Source of the DNA: Octopus sinensis
Taxonomy: Eukaryota
Length of the DNA: 64,000 nucleotides
Direction of reading: 5' to 3'
NCBI RefSeq assembly: GCF_006345805.1
Contig: NC_043008.1
Span: 5,580,001-5,644,000 of the forward strand
Of the stretch, positions 23,001-33,946 are shown one piece after another. The notes beneath the pieces were generated by a model. The model saw only the letters and a list, made by a program, of their open reading frames with translations, was not told where the DNA came from and ran no database searches. The translations under genes and the position numbers were made by a program. Within the stretch, counting starts at the first letter, position 1. Each line of letters begins with the position of its first letter.

Positions 23001-25124
23001 TTCACTCTATGTTTAGCCCCTTGTGGGTTGTAAAGAAATGGGTATCAGTGTGTTTACATCCCCATAACTTAGCAGTTTGGCAAAAGATCTGATAGAATAA
23101 ATACTAGGTTTTAAAAAAGGAGCCCAGCATGGCCACAGTCAAATGGTGATTTGCTGTGCTTGAGAAGACATGTCCAGCCATACACACAAGCTTGTCCTTT
23201 GTGGCCTTACACCCCTTCCCCACATTCACCTACACAATGTCCTCTGTCAGAACTCTCCCACAACTAATTTTTTTCGCACCACTGCAGCCCCCCCACCTTA
23301 CTCTTCCTCTTGTTCCTATCTACACAGTCTCCATCAATGCTGGTATTTTGAGAAGAATGTGTTTGTCTGTGATTTTGTATTGGTTTCCATTCCAGTAAGA
23401 TGGATTGAAGAATCTCCTCATATTATAATGAGCATAGTGTTTTGTAAAGAGTAGCATAAGTGAAGGGGGAGGAGAGAAAATAGGAATTCAGTGAAGAAGA
23501 AGTAGTGAGAGTAATAGCCATGACTGAGAGGGAGTGAGGGAAAGTAATAGCAATGATAGAGAGGAAGTGGCAAAGAGAGCATCGTGTATCTTCTACTACA
23601 TGTTGTGTTTTTCTCTGTAACAACATATGAATGAGAAAGGAAGGGGTGATAGAAGAATAAGGAAGGGAGGAGTGAAAAAAAAATCAAACAGTGTTTCAAC
23701 TCTATGTAAAAAGGAGTTGTGTGTGTGTGTGCAATTGGAAGGGGGATGGTGAACATCCAATGCTGAAAAGAAAAATCAAACAGCGTTTCAACTCTGTGTG
23801 AGTATAAGTGTGTGTGCGTGTAGAAGGGAAGTATATGACTGTACATATGTATAAGCCAGCGTTCTTTCATTAACAGACGATGATCGATGTCACATCTCAA
23901 AAGACAACCACTTGGTAACTTTGACAAGTCTGTTAATTTGAATTACCATCCATTCTATCTGTTTTATTAAAAATAATTATTACAATCACACACATCTACA
24001 CAAACATATACATATATAAACTCATTAGAGAAAATGATTATTGCCTGAGTGTATCACGAATATAAAACGACTGCAGTTGAAAAGTATGTTATAAATACAC
24101 ATTTAATAGTTTCTTTATGTGCCTAATTTATTTATATTAAAAAATCTATGTAATAAATTTTGAATAGGGAGTTTTTACAACATCATCTATAAGTCACGGA
24201 CTGCTTTTTGTGGCTTCATGCCATCTGAGTTTAGGTTGGATTCAGTAATGGAGAGCACAACTGAAAGGAAATGTTGCTTTAAAATTTAGTTACCGCCAGA
24301 TTTAAGTGGCCTTAAGTCATACAAGAAAGAAGGAAAACTTAAAATTTCTTTTTGAAGGAAACAAGCATCAAGGGATGTTAGTTGTGGATAGATTTTTCAC
24401 AAAAAAAATTTGGTAGCAAAAGAATTACTTAGCTAAAAACTTGGTTTTGTACCATATCTTTGTATATAAAAGTGAAGTTGTGTGTCTGTCTTCGATTTAG
24501 ATTCCTAACTACTCCCACATTTTGCGGTGCAGTTTAACCAAAACCGGGTATCTTATAGTCGTGATTCATATCGAGCCCTTCTGGGTATTAGCGCGCGTCT
24601 ACGATAAGTCTACGATTTAAAAAAAAAATTTACCATCATTTCTTCCCATTTTTAATGCATTTTTTGCTATTATATAAGGGAAGTAACTCTCTAAAAATGC
24701 TTATATAGTTATTTCCCTTACAAATCCGAGCAACGCCGGGCGATACTGCTAGTTTATATATAAAATACTACAATTAGCCGTCATTTTTGATGGCACAGGG
24801 CCAGGTAGTTGTGTAATAACCACAGATGTTTTCAGCTGACTGAATGTGTGAGAAAGAGACAGAGAGAGTTGAGGATGGATTGGAGCAGAAACCACTGATA
24901 ATGTCCAGTAACAGAATGTCTGAAATACTTAAAAATCTGAAGTTAAATTATTGTTGTTTTTCAGGTATCCAACGAGTATCTCTTCATTGGCTTTCAGTCA
25001 CGATGGTAGCACGCTTGCCATAGCATCTTCATATATGTACGAATCAGATGAAATGAAGGAGGTACCCGAAGACACTGTATTCATTCGCAATGTGACCGAC
25101 CAGGAAACCAAACCTAAATCATAA
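17388..25124 (+). CDS. BUB3: Mitotic checkpoint WD40 protein BUB3, 327 aa
   Basis: GT-AG exons 17388-17585, 18622-18691, 19397-19548, 21262-21445, 22204-22423 and 24965-25124 (984 nt) join in frame. Hallmarks include [62 protein letters not shown] and [21 protein letters not shown] at 25163-25168. Confidence 0.97.
17697..18440 (-). mobile_element. RTE LINE endonuclease-domain remnant in BUB3 intron, interrupted by a mariner 3' fragment (about 17845-18002, +)
   Basis: Minus-strand peptides [16 protein letters not shown]...DLIFVAG and [25 protein letters not shown]...KKPTRHLIT. The plus-strand insert reads [19 protein letters not shown] followed by a TIR-like end. Confidence 0.7.
18862..19265 (-). 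mobile_element. SINE family A, full length
   Basis: Complete head, internal microsatellite and (AAAGAGT)n tail. Other copies at 7885-8210, 12135-12790, 13245-13530, 19845-20185, 22595-23145, 31905-32262, 33699-34112, 36895-37260, 39223-39620, 40501-40906, 44065-44430, 47214-47610, 51530-51927, 56770-57344 and 63470-63690. Confidence 0.9.
22809..23040 (+). mobile_element. SINE family B monomer nested in a family A SINE
   Basis: 15-bp TSD GGTATCAGTGTGTTT at 22794-22808 and 23041-23055. Confidence 0.9.
24457..24752 (+). mobile_element. Non-autonomous Helitron in BUB3 intron 5
   Basis: A|TC 5' end, 3' CCGAGCAACGCCGGG hairpin, CTAG|T end and no TSD. Confidence 0.85.
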
Positions 25125-28100
25125 ATTTTTTTTAGTTTTTCTTCTTATTTTAATTTCATTGAAATAAAATTAACAAACATGTGGTATTGTTGAGTTTTAA
25201 AATTTTTTTCATCTCTTTTATAAGCTGGAATTATTGAAAATATCACAGACTGAAACTAGAGAAATATATGTTTTATATAAGCTAAGCGAAGGAAGAGAGG
25301 CAGTGTCCGGTCGATGCCAGGTCCACCTGACTGGCTCCTGTGCCAGCGGGACGTAAAAAACACCAACTGATCGTGACCGATTTTACATCCCCATAACATA
25401 GCAGTTTGGCAAAAGAGACCGATAGAATAAGTGTTAGGCTTACTAAGAATAAGTTCCGGGGTCGATTTGTTCGACTAAAGGCGGTGCTCCAGCATGGCCG
25501 CAGTCAAATGACTGAAACAAATAAAAGAATAAAACTGCATATCAGCAAAAATTCTGAAGGATCCTAAATTGTCGATTGAAAATCAGTCAAGTGTGAATCA
25601 CGGTAATCACAGGTGTGAATACATGTGGTTTAGTAGTTTGGGATATTCAACTCGTGATTGTTGTTGCTGTTGTTGTTGTTAAGCAACAAGACGGGTAAGG
25701 GTGATTAGGTGATGGTCTGGGGCTTAGGGGCGGGAGACACCAGACCTTGGGGAAAAAAAAAAACTTTGGTCGTCTTGTAGTCAAGGGCTCTTTGTTGACG
25801 CCCGACACCACTGGGGGGTGGCCCTCGAAGTCTCTGGAAATGGAAATCTCCAGGTCCAAATTCTTGGACGGCAGCTCATGATTGTGAGGCAGAGAGTTCG
25901 ATTCCAGGCAAGGCATTGTGACCTTGAGCAAGACACTTTATTTCATGTTGCTCCAGTCCACTCAGCTGGCAAAAATGTACCTGTAATTCAAATGGGTCAG
26001 CCTTGTCACACTGAATCTCCTGGAGAACTACGTTAAGGGTACGTGTGTCTGGAGAAATGTTAGGCGGCGAGCTGGCAAAAACGTTAGCGCACCGGGCGAA
26101 ATGCTTACCGGTATTTCGTCTGCCGCTACATTCTGAGTTCAAATTCTGCCAAGGTTGACTTTGCCTTTCATCCTTTCAGGGTCGATTAAATAAGTACCAG
26201 CAACGCACTGTGTTTAGCCCCTTGCGGGTAGTAAAGAAATAGGTACGTTTGTCTGGAGTGTTCATCCACTTGCAGATTAATTTCATGTGCAGGCTGTTCT
26301 TCCATTGATAGAATCGACTGGAACCCTTTGTTACCATAACCGACGGAGTACCAGTAATTGCAGCTTAGAAGAAGAGTAGAAAAGAACACCTGGTTGTAGA
26401 AAAGAGTTCAAGACAAACACAATTACAGAGGAATGATGGAGTTATGTGGGAAGTTATTCCAGGTTCAATACCAGCTGTTTCCAATGACTTCACTGGTCAG
26501 TTTGAACGTTCTGCAAAACCCAGCAACTGGACTACTACTGACTTAAAAATGAACCACGATAGAGGACAATCACCTTTCTTCACTTCCATCTAAGCACAAT
26601 CACCAATCACACAAGCTGTCCAGTTAAATTGCTAAAGGTGAGCACAACATTCTCTTACAGAATCAGGCTGCTGCATCATCATCATCATCACCACCACTGC
26701 CGCCACCACCATCATCATCATTTAATGTCCATTTTCCATGCTGGCATGGGTTGGACAGTTTGACTGAGGTCTGGAAAGCCAGGAGGCTGCACCAGGCTCC
26801 AATCTTATCTGGCAGTGTTTCTACAGCTGGATGCCCTTCCTAATGCCAACCACTCTGAGAGTGTAGTGGGTGCTTTTTACTTGCCTCCCGGCACAAGAGC
26901 CTGTCAGTGGATACTGGCATCGGCCATGATTGGTTGGTGCATTTTATGTGCCACCAACATGGGAGCCAGTCAGGTGGGCCTGGCATCGACCACGTTCGGA
27001 TGGTGCTTTTTACATGCCACCAGCATGGGAGCCAGTCTCGGGGTACTGGTATCAGATACGTTTGGTTGGCGCTTTCCCACCTCTATTTCATCAGTTGCCT
27101 TTGGAACTGACATTCCAGTTTCAAATATTAGCAATAAACCAGATGATGAACATAAATAACAGACTTTTTTTGTTTTTGGTGCTTTTACATCATTTGTCAA
27201 ATTAATCTCATTATTAAACTGTAAAGTGGAGATTTTTGTTAGGATGCAAAGAAGCCAAAACAGAGGAGAACTGACAAGAGAAAACCATCTCTATATGGAA
27301 AGTGTGTTGTATCATAACTTGTATAAATAATGTCAGAGAAAATGAAATGATGCAAAGATATGGAACAATAAAGACGAATCTTTCCAATAAAATAACTTTC
27401 ATTGAATCAAGTGGTTGGCAAGAAGTAAGTTTACAAACTTCAGTTGAATTTAAAAGTAACCAGCCTCCCCTGGCCCCCGTGCTGGTGGCATGTAAAAAGC
27501 ACCCACTACACTCACGGAGTGGTTGGTGTTAGGAAGGGCATCCAGCTGTAGAAACACTGCCCGATCAGATTGTAGCCTGGTGCAGCCTCCTGGCTTCCCA
27601 GACCCGGTCAAACCGTCCAACTCATGCTAGCATGGAAAGCAGACGTTAAACGATGATGATGATGATAACGTACATATTTTTTGGCAATAAGAGTGTTCTT
27701 GACTACAAAAAGAAGGAACTATTTGTGTGTGAGAGAGAGAAAGCATATAATTATGTATTTCAATGAGCTGTTAGAATAATGAATGCTACAATAAGGTCCA
27801 AATGTCTTAATCATATACAGAAGTATATAAAGCAACGTGCAAGCACCATGGGCTAAGTACGGATAAACTCTTATTTACAAAACGGAATGAGCTCACAACC
27901 TGAAGGTTTTGCTTTGAAATCATCATCGTTTAACACCCGTTTTCCATGCTGGCATGGGTTGGATAGTTTAACAGGCGCTGCCTAGGCTCCAGTTGTCTGT
28001 TTTGGCATGGGTTCTATGGTTGGATGCTCTTTCTAACACCAATCACTTTACAGTGGTTGGTGTCCGGAAGAGCATCCACCCATGGAAACCAATTTAAATC

Positions 28101-29226
28101 AGACTTGAACCTGGTGTAGTTCTCCTGCCTGCCAGGTTTTATCATACCGTTCAACCATGCTAGAATGGAAAACGGATGTTAAATGATGATGATGTGCTGT
28201 TAACACTCCAAGCCTTTCAACAATAGTAGAGCTTCATCCACCTTCCTTTTCAAGCCAGTCCATGATGCCCACCACAGATGAGCGAACATAAACAAAAGAA
28301 AGGAAATGATAGGAAGATAGAGTCGAGCATTTACATAAGCACAGACCCTCAATTTGTTTTCGGCAATACAACAGGAACAAAGAATTCTGGATTGATCATA
28401 GCACTGACCAAATTTTTGAGTGTCTTATAAATTAGATTGCCAAAAAAGTTGCAGAGACAACAGGCCTAATAATGTAAACTAACTTAAAGATGGACAAATA
28501 ATTCTGGTAATTCTATTCGTTGGGAAGCCATTCACAAGACAATTTGCAGTAAATCAACATATCTGGGTCTTAGAAAAAAATTCCTTTGGACAAATGGTTT
28601 TCAGAGAGAATGTACCTTTCATTTATCCCATTATTTTCATTATAGAAAGCGAAAGAATACAGCACTCATCGTTTAATAGTAAATACATATTATTGTCATT
28701 ATTTGACTCGAGTATTTTGTTTTGGAAAATTCTCTGAAAAACATTATCGGAAGGTTTCATTAAAGAATGAATACGAATTACTTTAATTTTTTTTTTGCTC
28801 AGGTGGGGGAAAAAAAAAAGAAAAATTCTAAATAGATAAAAAAAAAATTTTTTTTTCCAGTTTCTAAATTAAAAAAAAAACCCATCTGAAAATTATTTTT
28901 AAAAATGTATAATATAAAAAAAAGGCTGGAGTGTATTCGAAACTGCGCCCAGCTAGCTTATTGTAGTTAGTGAACTTTTCGTAACTACGTTAAGCGGATC
29001 TTTTTAAGATTCTTCCAAAAGGTCTTGTTATGTTAATAAAATTCGCAAATGATGGGAAAATCAACTTCTTAAAACACTAATTATTACATTTCAATTTGTA
29101 AATATCAAAATCAAAATTAAGTGGGAGTTATATTTTGCATTGAATGCTGAAAACAAACCGGAACAACGATAATTAGGTAACTAATTACGTGCTGCACCGG
29201 TGCGGTTACAAAGTCCTCTTGTAATT

Positions 29227-30239
29227 ATGGCTGAGCCTTTGCGACCTTTTGTCTATTGGGGACAAAAGAACGATCATGTTTCCTTGAAAGTGGATTTGAG
29301 GGACGTTTGTGTGAGTAATAGCAATTATTTATTTTTAATTCTTGTCCCAGCCTTTCGATTCCTCGTTCGATCAACCGAGGAATCAATGGTTTTTTCAATG
29401 AACCAAAATCTCTCTCTCTCTACAAAGCTGAAGTTGTCTTCAGTGTCTGGCAGGTTTGGTGGCCTTCACCTAACACCATCTCCTCCCGAAACCCTGCAGC
29501 GCAAATTGACCAAAATTGAGAGTATAATAGAAGAAGGCTTGCTCTTCATTCTGTAGGAAATAAAATTCAAATCGGACCATGTTAACACCAAAAATTATTT
29601 ACATAAAAAAGGTGCTTTTTTTTCTGTGAAAATCCCTATTTTTTTACAAAAGCTTGACCGCTGTGTCGCCAGTTTTCGGTGTATTTCAACCAGGAAAATG
29701 TTCACTCAAAGAGAATAACAAGCTGCATAATGCAAAATGTTTACTTTTCAAAAATTCCAATTCTAAAGGGTCGAAACAAACCCGAGCAACGCCGGGCGAT
29801 ACTGCTAGTATATTAAAAATAAAAAAAATCTTCATAAAACATCTCCACTTGTCAACTTATAAACAAACAGTATTCTTGTGTAGTAAACTTCCCGAAATAT
29901 TTCCATGTTTAAAAATTTAATTATAACTCATTGCTTTTAAATTAAAATATTAATCGTACCATTCCCCCCCCCCACTTATTCTATAAATACTCATTTAAAA
30001 TGTTGGGCTGTATTTCGATAAAGGTAGAGAGACAAAGTGCTTGTTCGGCATGGGCCCCAAACGTTATTTTCGCCACGATTGAAATTTTCTTTCTAGAAAC
30101 ATCAAGGAGAATATAAACGTTATCAGTTGTCATTAATAATTATCTTGATTTCTTTATAATAGTTCCAACCTCCGCGATCGAAATCAGTGTGTGTGTGTGA
30201 ACATTACGTGTGAGGTTCAAACAATCCATTGAGGCTGTG

Positions 30240-30272
<33 letters not shown>

Positions 30273-30562
30273 GTCAGACTAAAGCGTTTATATATATATA
30301 TATATATATTGATAAAAACTGTAAGATAACAAAAGAAAGAAAGAGACCTTGATATTATGTAAATAGAGGAATTTATCTGTAAGAGTTATATGTGACAATT
30401 ATTTGGTAGCCAAGATAAAACTCTGTGTTTCGGATGCCAAGGTGGAAATCCACACCACCATCTCCGGATAACTGAAGAGATGGTGGTGTAGATTTCCACC
30501 TCGACATCCGAAACACGGAGTTTTATCTTGGCTACCAAATAATTGTCATATATTACTTTTAC

Positions 30563-30599
<37 letters not shown>

Positions 30600-31062
30600 G
30601 TTTTGGTATCCAGAAGATCCAAAATGGTAGGTAAGGCTATGTAAGTGCTACGGAAGGACTGTAGTTAGATTCCCGGTTTAATAATAGTACGAGTAATGAG
30701 TCTAATGTAGGTCGTGTGTCAGCATTTATATGTTTATACAAATGAGACAACAAAACCGAGGCAGTGTGAAATTTCTAGGATATTTATAAAGAGAAAGGTA
30801 GTCTTAACAGCTGTTTCAAGGATATGTCTACACCATCACTTGTAGACATGATCGCTCATTCACAAGCACTCGTAGACAGACTTGTAGATTTCTTTTCGAA
30901 AAGCAAGTTGAGTTGTTTGTTTAGAAAAAGCTTTGTTTTGCTCTCTGTGAATTTCTCGGTAACACGCAGAAGCATTTTTTATAGTAGTAGAAACTTTTGC
31001 ACTTTGTTCAAAATTTGGATCTTGTGCTTGAAAAATGAAACTCGTAAAGTGGGGTATTACTG

Positions 31063-31107
<45 letters not shown>

Positions 31108-33915
31108 ATGTGTTTGTGTATATATGTATTTTTAAAAATATAACTTGAGTTTAGGATTAACTAATTCATTTTTTTGTTCCTTAAGTGTTATAACAGTGTA
31201 CCTCATGAGTTCCCTTTTTCATGGTTTGGGTTTAACTGGCCTTTCTAGCATGTAAGGAGTCCTGTCAATGGTATCCTCTTTGTGTATAAAAATATTTTAT
31301 ACACTCTATATTTTTTAAAATATGTTACGTCTTATGACTTATTTATGCATGCATCATCATCATCATCATCGTTTAACGTCCGCTTTCCATGCTGGCATGG
31401 GTTGGACGATTTTGACTGAGCGCTGGCGAGCCAGATGGCTGCACCAGGCTCCAATCTTGATCTGGCAGAGTTTCTACAGCTGGATGCCCTTCCTAACGCC
31501 AACCACTCCGAGAGTGTAGTGGGTGCTTTTTACATGCCACTGACATGAGGGCCAGTCTGGTGGTAGTGGCAATGACCTCGCTCGAATCCTTTTACATGTG
31601 CCACCGGCACAGGTGCCAGTGAAGCGACGTTGGTAACAATCACACTCGAATGGTGCCCTTGTACGTGCCACGGGTACGGAAGCCAGTTGGCTGCTCTAAA
31701 TTTATTACGAGGCATAATTTAGCTCATGTGGTTATTATATTTCAGTTTAGTGAATATCGGATAGAACCGTACGCATTGCACTTTTTCTTCTTGAGTAATG
31801 CTGACATGTGGTGATTTATATTAATTGTCCTTTTTTTTTTTGTTTTTAATCAAATTAAAATTTTGCTGTTGAGAAGTAAAAACAGAAATCTTTAAAAATA
31901 ACATAGGCACAGGAGTGGCTGTGTGGTAAGTAGCTTGTTTACCGACCACATGGTTCCGGGTTCAGTCCTACTTCATGGCACCTTGAGCAAGTGTCTTCTA
32001 CTATAGCCTCGGGCTGACCAAAGCCTTGTGAGTGGATTTGCTAGCTGGAAACTGAAAGAAGCCCGTCGTATGTGTGTGTATATATATATGTGTGTCTGTG
32101 TCCCCCAACATTGCTTGACAACTGATGCTGGTGTGTTTACGTCCCTGTAACTTAGTGGTGTGACAAAAGAGACAGATAGAATAAGTCCTGGGGTCGATTT
32201 CTTCAACTAAAGGTGGTGCTCCAGCATGGCCCCAGTCAAATGACTGAAACAAGTAAAAGAATATTGGAAAATGTACAAAAATGATGCAGTTATCCTAAAG
32301 GACCGAAACGAATAAACGCTTAAATGTAGATAATTATTCATGATAACGATGACGATAACTATCATAGATTACTGCTTTCATTCCGCAATACACTAATTTA
32401 GTTAACTTATTAAGGAAGCAAAGCAGAAAATGTGGCTTTTTTTTAAAGAAGTGATACATATTAAAGTTATCGCAAATTTCAAAAAGTAAACAAAAATATT
32501 ATTTGAAAGTTCCCAGAAAAGAAATTTATGAATACTCAACAGTCCATCCCTGTTCCCTGCACTCTTCGATTAGTTTTTCGTACCTCTTCTCTTTTCATTT
32601 TTCTGCATTATTTATTCACAGCCAGCGCCGCCACATCGACTGGCCTCGGTGCCAGTGGCACGTAACAAACACCATCCAAGCGTGGCCGTTCGCCAGCCTG
32701 GCCTGGCCTCAGTGCCGGTGGTACGTAAAAAGCACCATCCGAGCGTGGCCGTTCACCAGCCTCGTCTGGCACCAGTGTCGGTGGCACGTAAAAAGCACCC
32801 ACTACACTCACGGAGTGGTTGGCATTAGGAAGGGCATCCAGCTGTAGAAACACTGCCAGATCTGACTGGCCTGGTGCAGCCTTCAGGCTTACCAGACCCC
32901 AGTTGAACCGTCCAACCCATGCCAGCATGGAAAGCGGACGTTAAACGATGATGATGATGATGATTGTTTTAAACTAATCACTGATTAAATGCTAAGCTGT
33001 TAATCACACCTCATCTTACAGCTTCAAAATTCTAACGGTGTGTTTGTATGTTTTTAGAATGGCACTGTAGGGTGAGTGTGAAAGGTTGGATCTGGTCAGT
33101 TTTAACAGAGAAAAAGATAATCAGGATATGGTCTGATTAAATGCTAACGAGTTAAACTTGACACATTCTGGGAAATAAGTTTTGTATTAAAAAAAAATTA
33201 ATTCCTAAACTTCTTTTTTAATTTCCAGGATGAAACTATAGAAATCACCGAGGATTCGGTCAGTTTTAATGCTATCGGTCAAGGGGTCCGTGGTGAAAAT
33301 GTTTACTGCTTCAATATTGATTTCTACCTACCTGTGGAGTCCGAGGTAAATAAGGACATTTCTTATGGTTTTCATTTTAACTTCCATCTTTAAATGATTA
33401 TTGTACTAATTGAAGAATTTTGCTTTGTTTGTTACTCACTGATAAATTACTCAACCTATCTAATTATTGACTTTGTGGTTATGGTACTTGACTCAGAATC
33501 ACGAGGTCGTGAGTTCAAATCCTGGTGGTGTGTCCTTGAGCAAGACACTTCATTTCACGTTGCCCCAGTCCACTCAGCTGGCAAAAATGTGTAATACCTG
33601 TAATTAGAAAGGGCCCAGCCTTGACATATTCTGTGTCATACGGAATCTCCTTGAGAACTATGCTAAGGGTACACGTGTCTGTGGAGTGCTCAGCCACATA
33701 CTCTCTTTTACTCTTTTACTTGTTTCAGTCATTTGACTGCGGCCATGCTGGAGCACCGCCTTTAATTGAGCAACTCAACCCCGGGACTTATTCTTTTGTA
33801 AGCCCAGTACTTATTCTATCGGTCTCTTTTGCCGAACCGCTAAGTGACGGGGACATAAACACACCAGCATCGGTTGTCAAGCAATGCTTGGGGACAAACA
33901 CAGACACACAAACAT

Positions 33916-33946
<31 letters not shown>

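Noticed and set aside
26368-26592. About 75-codon open frame (KKSRKEHL...NDGVMWEVIPGSIP...) between BUB3 and HACD3
   Set aside because: No recognisable homology, no convincing donor site and no partner exons. It would need tblastx or RNA-seq support.
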